This document shows positions 46,146 through 55,158 of a DNA stretch of 64,000 bases, one piece after another (positions within the stretch are counted from its first letter, which is position 1; the number at the start of each line of letters is the position of its first letter). The notes below the pieces were generated by a model, which was not told the DNA's origin, ran no database searches, and saw only the letters and a program-made list of their open reading frames with translations. Where the stretch lies: IMG/VR virus record IMGVR_UViG_3300032116_000129. One strand, given 5' to 3'. Made by a program: the position numbers and the translations under genes. Source of the DNA: an uncultured virus (IMG/VR IMGVR_UViG_3300032116_000129) (Duplodnaviria; Heunggongvirae; Uroviricota; Caudoviricetes).

Positions 46146-47843
46146 TTACACTAAATTCAAACCGTGAACTTTAATAGTTCCGTAGAATTCAGGACGAACC
46201 ATCTTCTTAGCATAACGAGTCATTACACCTTTACGTGGAGTAAAGTTGGTTGGATCGTATACTAATGGAGTCATGATCAATGGAATATATGGAGCATATA
46301 CAGCACCTGTTTCCAAGAACTGGCTACCACGATATCCTAATAAGATCAAGTTCTCAGTCATATATGGGTTTTTGTATACAGTAAAGCGGTTATTTAAAGC
46401 ACCAACTTTCTGAACACCCATAGCGAACTGCATTTTATCACCGTTAGTGTCAGCAGCGTATCCTGGGATAGACTCAAGGATAGTTGCAACGTCTGGAGAA
46501 CAAACTAAGAAGTTAGCACCACCACGCATTGTCTTTTGGTGAATTTTATTAGATACTTTCTGGATCTTAGTACCTAAAGTTTGGAACCAAGTACCTTGAT
46601 TATAAGCAGAAGCGTACTGACTAGCAGTTAATGAAAACGTGTCGGTAGATGCTACATACTCATATCCAATTTGAGCAGACCACTTATCAGTTGTCACAGC
46701 ATTTTGAATCAACATATCTAAAATTTCTAAGTCGATCTCTTGAGAGATATACTCAGACAACATAGAAGTTAATTCAGCTTCAGCGTCAATTGAGTGATAA
46801 GCGTTCAAGTCTTGAGCAAATTCTGGACTCCAGATTGCTTTCAACTTACGAGTCTTAGCAACGATAGCATCGCTACGTAACTCAACGTTGATTTCTGGGA
46901 TATTGATATCTGTTCCGTTTCCGACAGTATCTTCAAAATCACCACGACCGCTAGCAGCTGGCTGTTTGTGATACTGTACAGCTAATGGAGTAGCAGCGGT
47001 AGCAGCTGTAATAGATCCAGACACAATAAATGTAATAGATGTTCCAGAAACTTTAGTAAATTGTGGGAAGTAAGCTTCAATTCTACCAGAAGTTGATGAA
47101 GTTACTGCATAAGCACGAACTCCATTATAATCAGGATTACTTAAAGCAGAACCTGTGATAGTAATTTTCTTAAAGTGACCTGCGGCGATTGAAGCTGAAT
47201 AAGCACTAGTAAATGTACTATCGTAGTTAAACTCATCAAAATCAGCGTCAGCTGCCATATTCAATGCAGTACTAACAATAGCGTGAGTATCTGATGGAGC
47301 AGTTTGAGTAATGTTTGAACCAGTAGCAGATAATGACTTAATAGCGTCGTTAATTGAATAACCGAAACGACCGGCACCATAAAGACCTTGAGAAACGTCT
47401 CCGGTAGTGTTAGTAATACCGAATACAGAATCATTCTGATATCCAGTTACGGTTGGGTTTTCAGATGTGTTGCTAGTAGTGAATCCTGGCTGAGCTGTAT
47501 TGTATTTGAAATCCATATAGAATACAAGACCTGATGGTAAATTCATAGGCTGTACACTAACGAAATCTTTAGCAGCAATCTCAGCGAATACACGACGTAC
47601 TAATGGAAGAGCTACACCAGACCATTCTTCTGCGTTACCAGAAGTACCAGTTGAGTTAGCTTCAGAAACTAATTGCTTAGCTTGGTTTTCAAGCATGATA
47701 GCCATACCGTGCTTCTCATACTCGTTGGATAGACCTTCTAACAAACCTGTCTTATTCCATTTTGAAACAAGACCTTTAGTCTCTTCCATTTGGCGACGGA
47801 TTGCAGAATTACTATCAGTTAAAATGTTTGATAATTTTGACAT
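46146..47843 (-). CDS. Major capsid protein (T4 gp23-like)
   Basis: KW...LLEG...LENQ, LVRRVF, VQPMNLPSGLVF, AKTRKLKAIWSPEFAQDLNAYHSIDAEAEL, YAPYIPL, P.KGVMTRYA. Confidence 0.96.
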   Translation of the reverse strand: MSKLSNILTDSNSAIRRQMEETKGLVSKWNKTGLLEGLSNEYEKHGMAIMLENQAKQLVSEANSTGTSGNAEEWSGVALPLVRRVFAEIAAKDFVSVQPMNLPSGLVFYMDFKYNTAQPGFTTSNTSENPTVTGYQNDSVFGITNTTGDVSQGLYGAGRFGYSINDAIKSLSATGSNITQTAPSDTHAIVSTALNMAADADFDEFNYDSTFTSAYSASIAAGHFKKITITGSALSNPDYNGVRAYAVTSSTSGRIEAYFPQFTKVSGTSITFIVSGSITAATAATPLAVQYHKQPAASGRGDFEDTVGNGTDINIPEINVELRSDAIVAKTRKLKAIWSPEFAQDLNAYHSIDAEAELTSMLSEYISQEIDLEILDMLIQNAVTTDKWSAQIGYEYVASTDTFSLTASQYASAYNQGTWFQTLGTKIQKVSNKIHQKTMRGGANFLVCSPDVATILESIPGYAADTNGDKMQFAMGVQKVGALNNRFTVYKNPYMTENLILLGYRGSQFLETGAVYAPYIPLIMTPLVYDPTNFTPRKGVMTRYAKKMVRPEFYGTIKVHGLNLV

Positions 47844-47871
47844 TCTGTTTGTTTTTTTAAAGTTAATTTAA

Positions 47872-48768
47872 TTATTTTAATCCCGCTAATTTTTTAAATC
47901 TAGCAGCTAAATCAGCACCTTCTGCAATCACTTGCTTCTGCGGTTTGGTAGAAGCAATAGGCTTCGAAGCAAATGATTCTTTAATAGCTTTCTTAGGAGC
48001 TTTAAATGATTCAGCTAGAGTGGAAAACACTAACTTCACTTCACGCAAATTGTGAGCTCTGTCAAAGTTTTCAATTACTTTCATTTTCTGACCTTCGTTT
48101 AGAGCGAAATTACGGAAAAGCTTATTAGAGTAAAGCAACTTAGCGTTCAATAAATTTACTTCATTGATTTTGCTTTTCAAGAAACGAATAACGTTGTAAG
48201 CTTCTTCTAATTCAGCTTCTTTAGCTTCTTCTTCCTCTTCAGTCATTTCTTCTTCTTCACCTTCCTCTTCTTCGCGAAGTGAACGAATAATTTCTTCAAT
48301 GTTGACTTCCTCGTCCTCGTCTTCTTCACCTTCAGCCATTGCAGCTTCAGCATCTTCGTCGGATACAGGCTCTTCTTCTTCAGTCATTTCATCTTCAGAA
48401 TGCTCTTCGCCTTCTAATTCGCGAATAATTTCTTCTAAATCTAAATCGTCTTCCTCTTCCATTTCAGGTTCTTCTTCAGGCATTTCTTCATCGTCGCCTT
48501 CAGTTACTTCCTCTTCGTCAGAGTACATTTCGTCATCGCCTTCTGCTACTGGCTCGTCTTCCATCTCCATATCTTCACCTTCCATTGGCATCTCTTCATC
48601 AGCTGGCATTTCTTCGTCTTCTTCAGACATTTCTTCAGCTAATTTAGCAGACAACATAGATTGAAGTCTTGGAGCGAAAGCTTCTTCTAAAGCAAGTTTA
48701 GCATTGGCCAAAGCAGTTTCACGTACAGCTTTTGCGTCCGCGATTGCTTCTTTCAATAGATCTTTCAT
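47872..48768 (-). CDS. Prohead core scaffolding protein (T4 gp22-like)
   Basis: Very acidic centre, coiled coil, multiple x-x-E sites, C-terminal RFKKLAGLK; directly upstream of the capsid gene. Confidence 0.85.
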   Translation of the reverse strand: MKDLLKEAIADAKAVRETALANAKLALEEAFAPRLQSMLSAKLAEEMSEEDEEMPADEEMPMEGEDMEMEDEPVAEGDDEMYSDEEEVTEGDDEEMPEEEPEMEEEDDLDLEEIIRELEGEEHSEDEMTEEEEPVSDEDAEAAMAEGEEDEDEEVNIEEIIRSLREEEEGEEEEMTEEEEEAKEAELEEAYNVIRFLKSKINEVNLLNAKLLYSNKLFRNFALNEGQKMKVIENFDRAHNLREVKLVFSTLAESFKAPKKAIKESFASKPIASTKPQKQVIAEGADLAARFKKLAGLK

Positions 48769-48876
48769 AGTCCTTTTATTAAATAAGTTAATTGGAAATA
48801 AGATTATTAGAAATCTTAATGGATAAGTTTAATTATCGCCTCTTACATAGAATAGTAAGACATTGTGCGTTACGAG

Positions 48877-48885
48877 TATAAATAT
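48877..48885 (-). promoter_or_regulatory. Putative late promoter ATATTTATA for the scaffold/capsid operon
   Basis: About 108 nt upstream of ATG 48768; the leader contains three small hairpins. Confidence 0.6.
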
Positions 48886-48911
48886 GGGCGTGAATGAGAA
48901 AACACGCCCAT
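48884..48911 (-). terminator. GC-rich hairpin, probable terminator overlapping the promoter motif
   Basis: ATGGGCGTG (48884-48892) / CACGCCCAT (48903-48911), 10-nt loop, weak U-tract. Confidence 0.55.
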
Positions 48912-48927
48912 TTGTATAAATTTTATT

Positions 48928-49650
48928 TTAAGCTATTTTTAACTTAGCTTCGTTTTCTTTAATATGCGCAACTATTTCTTTAGTTAATTTAACTATCTCA
49001 ACGCCTTTACCGATTAGGCCTGAAATAGCAAATACTAACAATACTCCTGACGTTATAGACGGGAACACATATACAGCTACAGACAATAATGCTAGAGTTA
49101 TTAATAACACTCCAGACACGCCAGCAATTTTTTGTGCAGCTGCGCTAGCTCCTAATTTACTAGCTATCCATGCAAACGCTTTTTCCATTACTTTTGCAGG
49201 AAATCCAGTAACACTTTTAATAAGTGAAAGTGTTTTTTCTAATTTAGCTTTTAATTTATTTTCATCAATATCTTTAAACCCAGCTTTTTGTAATGCTTCA
49301 GATAGAACATGTAAAAAAGCTGCATTGCCTAGTACATCAGCTATCAAGTGAATTGATCCTAATATGCCCGCAGCTTCAGATAAATATGATCTAGATTCTT
49401 TAATTTCAGTTTTAATAGCATCTATATCAGATACGTCAATACTATTAACTTTTCCTTCCGCATCAATTAATGCAGATAATAGAGCTGCTTGAACTTCTTC
49501 GTCAGTTACATCTTCTCCATCTTTTTTAAGCTCATTGCCTAATGAAAATAATTGTTTTTGTATAGACGCTGCATCTCCTGAAATAGATTCAGTTAACATT
49601 TTAATATAAGCACGTTGTACAACAGTTTGAGCTATTACAGATAGTTTCAT
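48928..49650 (-). CDS. Protein with L-x-E sites and C-terminal hydrophobic (transmembrane-like) helices
   Basis: MLTES, IKES, LSEA; GVSGVLLITLALLSVAVYVFPSITSGVLLVFAISGLIG. Confidence 0.7.
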   Translation of the reverse strand: MKLSVIAQTVVQRAYIKMLTESISGDAASIQKQLFSLGNELKKDGEDVTDEEVQAALLSALIDAEGKVNSIDVSDIDAIKTEIKESRSYLSEAAGILGSIHLIADVLGNAAFLHVLSEALQKAGFKDIDENKLKAKLEKTLSLIKSVTGFPAKVMEKAFAWIASKLGASAAAQKIAGVSGVLLITLALLSVAVYVFPSITSGVLLVFAISGLIGKGVEIVKLTKEIVAHIKENEAKLKIA

Positions 49651-49658
49651 TTGATGAA

Positions 49659-50393
49659 TTATTTAGAATCTTTTACGCCTTTGTCTTTACCTGGTTCTTC
49701 TTTAGCTGTATAGTTTTTATCTACCCATTTAAAGAATTTTTTCTTTTCACCTGGTTCTTCTAAGTCTGAAGGTTCGTTAATTTTAAACTTCTTCATAGCC
49801 TTAGTAAAAAACTTCTGATATTCAGTTTCATTAGCTTCGTTTACCATACCATTAATATCGTAATACTTACCTAACGTTTCTCCAATGTCTTCGTATGCAG
49901 ACTCTAAACGTTGTTGCAAAGTAGTCATTTCATGAGACGTTTTTTCAAAAATCTTAAACGCTTCACCTAAATGTTTCATGTGACGATTAACAGTAGCTCT
50001 GTCAAACCAATCTTCAGTTTCTGAAAGTGTTAAATGATTTGCAGCTTCAATTAATTCGCCTAAATACTGCGCAGTTTCTTTTAAAGAGTGTGATCTGTAA
50101 ATTGAAGGAGCGTGTTCTGCAAAACGATACACAGCTTCCATAAAAGCTTTTTTCTGCTCTGTAGTCATTCCCTCCATTGGGTTTTCACTTTCGTGTAATT
50201 TAAGTAGCGACGCTAATTTAATAGATTTTGGTTTCATATTTTCGTTTTTTAACTTTTTTGTTTCGTGCATATGCAACGCAGCTAAATATTTACGAAGTGC
50301 TTCTTTAGTGCCTTTAGTAGCACCGACTCTTTTACCAGAGTCTTTTTTATACACTACGTATTTACCACCTTCTTTTCTAGCTGTGTAAGGCAT
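49659..50393 (-). CDS. Putative prohead core / internal protein; likely internal start at 50237
   Basis: Basic N-terminal module, then MKPKSIKLASLLKLHES; C-terminal EYQKFF.KAMKKF...KKKFFKWVDKNY motif. Confidence 0.7.
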   Translation of the reverse strand: MPYTARKEGGKYVVYKKDSGKRVGATKGTKEALRKYLAALHMHETKKLKNENMKPKSIKLASLLKLHESENPMEGMTTEQKKAFMEAVYRFAEHAPSIYRSHSLKETAQYLGELIEAANHLTLSETEDWFDRATVNRHMKHLGEAFKIFEKTSHEMTTLQQRLESAYEDIGETLGKYYDINGMVNEANETEYQKFFTKAMKKFKINEPSDLEEPGEKKKFFKWVDKNYTAKEEPGKDKGVKDSK

Positions 50394-50394
50394 A

Positions 50395-50769
50395 TTAGTA
50401 AATTCTTACTGTATACTTTCCATTATCAAAAAATACCACTCCGATGTCCTTTCCATTAGATCCACCGCCTTTGTGTTTCCAATTAGCGGAAATTGCAAAT
50501 GCATATCCTCCAATAGAGTTTGGAACGTTTCTGCAAGCCACGTCTAATGTCATAGCTTCAAATATAGCTAACATCAATGGGCTACGAAGATCTTTAGTCA
50601 CGTCCATTGTGTAATACAATACATCTGGCTTTGACTTAATCAACGTTAACTGAGCGTTAATGCCAGTTTTAATTTTAAGAGCTTTCATAGCTCCTTTAAT
50701 TATTTGCTCTGAAGGCTCAACAACGTTTTCGTTTAAAGTTGATTTTTTAAGTATACTAGTTAATTTCAT
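50395..50769 (-). CDS. Hypothetical protein with MKLTSILKKSTLNEN leader
   Basis: ORF in the head operon with the shared leader type. Confidence 0.68.
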   Translation of the reverse strand: MKLTSILKKSTLNENVVEPSEQIIKGAMKALKIKTGINAQLTLIKSKPDVLYYTMDVTKDLRSPLMLAIFEAMTLDVACRNVPNSIGGYAFAISANWKHKGGGSNGKDIGVVFFDNGKYTVRIY

Positions 50770-50972
50770 TTTGGGCTGTATTTTGATGGAATGCTATCTA
50801 AATTTAATTTAGAAGTGTCTTTTGCAGCTGCAATAGCGCCTGCAGAATTGTAGCGAGCTGGTATTGTGTCAACGTTTAATTTTGACGTGTCTTTAGCAAA
50901 CTGAGTCGTTCCATTGTAAACTATTCCTCTAGAGTTTAAGGAACTAGCTTTATAGCGATCTTCTAAATTCAT
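50766..50972 (-). CDS. 68-aa protein with two KDTSKLN[VL]D.IP..Y repeats
   Basis: Internal duplication; the motif recurs in the N-terminus of 10698..13706. Confidence 0.65.
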   Translation of the reverse strand: MNLEDRYKASSLNSRGIVYNGTTQFAKDTSKLNVDTIPARYNSAGAIAAAKDTSKLNLDSIPSKYSPK

Positions 50973-50978
50973 AATGTA

Positions 50979-51581
50979 TTATTTTATATCAGTTAATATA
51001 TCAGTTATAATACGACTTACTCGATCGTATTTTGAATTGCTAGCTAATTTTGGATCTACTGACTCGTGCATAGGCTTTAAAAACGCTCCATGAGTTGATG
51101 GATTTGACACAAAGTCAAATGCAACTAACTCAAAGTCGTCTTGCACCTCAACAGTATTTTCACCTAACTGCTTAACAGAGCCTAATCCACGAGAACTAAT
51201 ACCTAATTTAATTCCACACTTGAAAAGCTCTTTTAAAATATTTCCTGAAGGAGTTGATAACACTTCTACAGTGCCAACTAAATCGTCTCCATTCCAATGC
51301 ATCTCTACAATATTGTGTGACACGTTGTTTAAGTTAACAATAGAAGAATCTGGATGATCTAATTCTCCTAACGCTCTGCGCTCTCGTATATTTACATCGC
51401 TGTATTTTTTCGCTTCGCGCATTAAAATTTCTCTAGGATATACTCGGCCATTTTGATTTTTAGCTTCGGCTCTTTGAAGTACTCCTTTAACTAATAAACG
51501 TCCGTTATTTTTCTCCATTGACTCTGCAATCATATCTGGAGTAGCGGAAAATACTATAGTGTCTACTAATAATTGTTTCAT
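50979..51581 (-). CDS. Prohead core protease (T4 gp21-like)
   Basis: NQNGRVYP, ALGELDHP, VSH, TPSGNI, GISSRGLGS, DFVSNPS. Confidence 0.93.
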   Translation of the reverse strand: MKQLLVDTIVFSATPDMIAESMEKNNGRLLVKGVLQRAEAKNQNGRVYPREILMREAKKYSDVNIRERRALGELDHPDSSIVNLNNVSHNIVEMHWNGDDLVGTVEVLSTPSGNILKELFKCGIKLGISSRGLGSVKQLGENTVEVQDDFELVAFDFVSNPSTHGAFLKPMHESVDPKLASNSKYDRVSRIITDILTDIK

Positions 51582-52066
51582 GATGCTAATTCTTTAATTT
51601 GTTGTGAAAGACGTAATAATCGTTCATTAATTTTGTTTAAATTTTCTCGAGACGATTTCCAGTACATGGAATTGTCTACATTAGACTCTTGCTTTAATCG
51701 TACGTTGTTGCTAACTATTTTTTCCATAAAACGCAAACCACGATTAATCTCTGCAATAGAATGATTAATTTTTGCCTTTGGAGATCCTGAAGGATCTTTC
51801 TTATATTCATGATAAGCACTTTCTAGAAACATTTCAGAAGACAGTTTCTTAAAAGTTGACTCTTTCACATTCTTTTTTACTTTCTTTGCTTTTTTATAAC
51901 CTAGCATTTCAATAGTATCGTTGCCTAACTCACCAAAAGCGTTAGGAGTTAAATACGGGCCGGCTCCTGCTGAAGTAGACATTTCGTCTAATTCTTCCTC
52001 TTGAGGTTCAGAATCCGCAGACTCGTTTAATAAACGATATTTACGTAATGAATTTAAGTATGACAT
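51578..52066 (-). CDS. Putative prohead core protein with several L-x-E sites
   Basis: LLNES, LDEM, FLES; between portal and protease. Confidence 0.65.
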   Translation of the reverse strand: MSYLNSLRKYRLLNESADSEPQEEELDEMSTSAGAGPYLTPNAFGELGNDTIEMLGYKKAKKVKKNVKESTFKKLSSEMFLESAYHEYKKDPSGSPKAKINHSIAEINRGLRFMEKIVSNNVRLKQESNVDNSMYWKSSRENLNKINERLLRLSQQIKELAS

Positions 52067-52067
52067 A

Positions 52068-52355
52068 TTATCTGTATAATAAATAAATTGATCCTGCTGT
52101 TACGCTATACACTCCTACTTCATGTACAGCAGCGGGCGCATTTGCATTAATTGCTGGTACTGTAAACGAACCTCCTCCTGTTAATGTTACAGTTGCCGCA
52201 GCGGATCCGGATTGATAAAATCCTATTGAGTTTGCATACGATCCAGTAGCTATAAAAGGTGCAGTTACTAGCTCTGAACGATTAAATTTAGCTATGTTTT
52301 GATGATATGTAGTAGCAGGTGCGCTATAAGGACCTGAAATTGGATTGGCTGCCAT
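52068..52355 (-). CDS. Small beta-rich protein, possibly virion structural
   Basis: 95-aa ORF with tight spacing in the head operon. Confidence 0.6.
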   Translation of the reverse strand: MAANPISGPYSAPATTYHQNIAKFNRSELVTAPFIATGSYANSIGFYQSGSAAATVTLTGGGSFTVPAINANAPAAVHEVGVYSVTAGSIYLLYR

Positions 52356-52358
52356 ATA

Positions 52359-53207
52359 TTATACTTTTTTAAGTTCTTTTACTAATTCGTGATAACGTAA
52401 CAAAGAAATTATATGACCATCTTTAACCGTTTTAGATTCTGAAATAGTCTTTAATAAATTAGTTACTTCAGCTATTTTAATTTTTACAACCTTATCAGTT
52501 ATTTTAGCTGCTAACTCTTTTAATTCTTTACGCAATAAAGTTACTTCTTTAAGAATAAACTCTTTTAATTCTACATTTTCAGTTACTGAATTAATATATT
52601 CTTTTAGCAATCTTTTTTGACCAGAATTTAATCCTGAATATTTTTCGTTAAACTTGTCTACTAATATTTTATATGATAATAAACGTACATCTTTGTCTTG
52701 TTTAACAAAAGCTGACATCTCATTAATAGCAGCAGGTTTTGCAGCTGTTGATTTATGAGTTATATGCTCTATTAAAGTATAACGAGAATTAACTAAATCA
52801 ACAGGATTATCTGCTACAGTAAACTCAAATAATTTATATACAGAAGCTAACACTTTGTAATTAGTTACTTTAGCTTTAAAGAATTCTTCCAATACATAAG
52901 TGTCTTTAATCTCTTTAATTAAATTGTATTTTTGACGCTTTAAAGCAGCTTGATTTAATTTATTTTTAGCTTCGACGATTGCAGTTATTAAATGATCTGC
53001 TTTATCTTCTCTAGCAAATTTTTCTTTTACTAGAGACTGATATAAGTTTAATTCTTTAGCTAACTCAGTAGATTTAGAAAAATACTTTTTCAATATTGGT
53101 AAAGCTTTGGAGTCTGTGTTGTTCATCGTGTCCGACGCTACTTGCCTTACTAACAACTCAAATAATACTCCTGTATTTTTGTATTTTGAATGCTTTAACG
53201 GTTTCAT
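52359..53207 (-). CDS. Head-module protein, putative prohead core
   Basis: KHSKYKNTGVLFELLVRQ...; helical and basic; directly after the portal. Confidence 0.65.
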   Translation of the reverse strand: MKPLKHSKYKNTGVLFELLVRQVASDTMNNTDSKALPILKKYFSKSTELAKELNLYQSLVKEKFAREDKADHLITAIVEAKNKLNQAALKRQKYNLIKEIKDTYVLEEFFKAKVTNYKVLASVYKLFEFTVADNPVDLVNSRYTLIEHITHKSTAAKPAAINEMSAFVKQDKDVRLLSYKILVDKFNEKYSGLNSGQKRLLKEYINSVTENVELKEFILKEVTLLRKELKELAAKITDKVVKIKIAEVTNLLKTISESKTVKDGHIISLLRYHELVKELKKV

Positions 53208-53227
53208 TATGTATTTATTTCTTTAAT

Positions 53228-53236
53228 AATAAATAT
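53228..53236 (-). promoter_or_regulatory. Putative late promoter ATATTTATT
   Basis: About 20 nt upstream of ATG 53207. Confidence 0.6.
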
Positions 53237-53251
53237 GTAAAATATGATCTT

Positions 53252-55126
53252 TTAAATTTCTTCTGATAACAAATTATTTTCGTCTAACATGCTCTCGGTT
53301 TTAGGAGATTCTAATAGAACTTTTGAATTTACTTTAACCTTTAACTTAGATAACGAATATTGTTTTTTAAGTGTTTCTGGATCAATGCCTTCTTTAAATC
53401 GCTTTGCTGAATTATGATAGTCACGGCTTCCTAGCGGATCCCATCCTCGAGGATGATCATGAGACTTATACTTCATTACTTCTTTAGGTCGACCGGCACC
53501 GGGCCACCCTCCTTCAGGAGCTTCGGCACGATTTTTACCTTGCTCGTCATATTGTTTTTGAAGTTTTAAATCAACTCCTTCAAATGGATTGCCGCCGCCT
53601 GCTTCTCCTTCAGCTCCACCTGCTTCTCCTTCTTTACCGCCTTCCTCTTCTTTCTTTTGATTTTTAGGATCGGCTGGGTCTTCACCTTCGTCTTCAATCT
53701 TCTTCAATCTCCATCCGTCTTTTGCACTTTGAATCATTTCTTTTTCAATATCTTCAATATCAGCTTCTTGCAAATTGAATATATTTTTATAAATCCAATG
53801 TCTAGGCATTAATTTCTTTTCAATCATATCACCTGCAAGAGTTACTTTAGTAGCGTATAAAGCTAACTTCTCTTGCTCGTAAATTACTGAAGGAGAAGTC
53901 ATCGATAAATCAAAACTAATTAAGTCTGCATTTTCAAAGCCTTGCGCGTATAAATGCACAATAGCAATTTTATGTAATTCAGATAATACAATACGCTGAA
54001 CTCTTTCAATAGTGCGAGCAAAACGAACGTCTTCAGCTGCTAGCGTAGCTTTACCTGATAATCCTTCTTCGTATCCTAAAAATGCTTTAGGTACTTTCAA
54101 CGAAGCCATCATTTTATTACGAAGATATTCAATATCATCGATGCCGGTAAATTCCATACCACTTAACGTGTCAATTTCAGTGCCAGACTGTCCTCCACGT
54201 ACAGGAAGGAAATAATCTTCTAACATGTTCTGTAAATTGAATTTTAAATTGTATTCTCCAGTTTGTTGATCAACATATGGAGTCTTCTTCATTTGATTAA
54301 TGATACGCTGCATGTAAGCGTCAACCTCGTTAGGTGGAATGTTTCCTACGTCAATTTTAAAAATACGTTTTTCGGGGGCACGCATAATACGATGAATCAA
54401 CATAGCGTCTTCCATCATAGTTAATTGTTTCCATACTTTACGAGCTCCTTCTACAATAGATTTACCGTACGGAAGAAAATTAGAATCTGATAGCAAACGA
54501 AAATGAGCTAATTCAAAATTTTCATAAAACACATCTCCTGCTCCTAACTGCTTGAAGCGTACTGAATAAGGATTACTAAGATCAGTTCCTTCTTCACGTA
54601 TAATTTCGTATGCAGATAATGGCGTAACGTTTACAATTCCAATTTCTTCTTGTATATCTAGTTTTAAATACATATCGCCATATTTGCACATATTACGTAC
54701 CCATGGCCATAAATTAAATTCAACGTTTAAAACGTCATAAAATAAGTTATGAAGTATTTTTTTAATGTTTTCGTTGTCTGATCTAATAGTTAATACATCC
54801 CCGAAGTCATCTTTCATTACAGTTTCATCAGCATATATATCTAATGTAGACGCAATAATTGGATCTTGATCCATTATTTCGTAGTCTGTATACAATTCCG
54901 TTTTAGATGAAAAGTAATTGTAATTAGGATTATAAGTATTTAAAGCGTGTGGACGAACCCCATGTAATCTAGTAAAACGATCTATAAAACGAGAGTTGTG
55001 AACGTTACCTGCAGATTGAATGTGGTTGTTATCTATAACACGCAGTTTATCTTTACCTACGCGACGAATAACGACATTAGTGTTAAATAATTTTTTTAAA
55101 CGTCCGTATATGGAAGTATCAGCCAT
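53252..55126 (-). CDS. Portal protein (T4 gp20-like)
   Basis: MMEDAMLIHRIMRAPEKRIFKIDVGNIP, MLEDYFLPVRGG..GTEIDTL, DDIEYL..K...SLKVPK. Confidence 0.95.
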   Translation of the reverse strand: MADTSIYGRLKKLFNTNVVIRRVGKDKLRVIDNNHIQSAGNVHNSRFIDRFTRLHGVRPHALNTYNPNYNYFSSKTELYTDYEIMDQDPIIASTLDIYADETVMKDDFGDVLTIRSDNENIKKILHNLFYDVLNVEFNLWPWVRNMCKYGDMYLKLDIQEEIGIVNVTPLSAYEIIREEGTDLSNPYSVRFKQLGAGDVFYENFELAHFRLLSDSNFLPYGKSIVEGARKVWKQLTMMEDAMLIHRIMRAPEKRIFKIDVGNIPPNEVDAYMQRIINQMKKTPYVDQQTGEYNLKFNLQNMLEDYFLPVRGGQSGTEIDTLSGMEFTGIDDIEYLRNKMMASLKVPKAFLGYEEGLSGKATLAAEDVRFARTIERVQRIVLSELHKIAIVHLYAQGFENADLISFDLSMTSPSVIYEQEKLALYATKVTLAGDMIEKKLMPRHWIYKNIFNLQEADIEDIEKEMIQSAKDGWRLKKIEDEGEDPADPKNQKKEEEGGKEGEAGGAEGEAGGGNPFEGVDLKLQKQYDEQGKNRAEAPEGGWPGAGRPKEVMKYKSHDHPRGWDPLGSRDYHNSAKRFKEGIDPETLKKQYSLSKLKVKVNSKVLLESPKTESMLDENNLLSEEI

Positions 55127-55143
55127 AAATTTCTACAATTTAA

Positions 55144-55152
55144 AATAAATAT
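55144..55152 (-). promoter_or_regulatory. Putative late promoter ATATTTATT
   Basis: About 17 nt upstream of portal ATG 55126. Confidence 0.6.
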
Positions 55153-55158
55153 CGAAAT

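Noticed and set aside
51872..51878. In-frame A_AAA_AAG in 51578..52066
   Set aside because: It lies in a Lys-rich tract of an intact ORF with no orphan downstream frame needing it; expected by chance.
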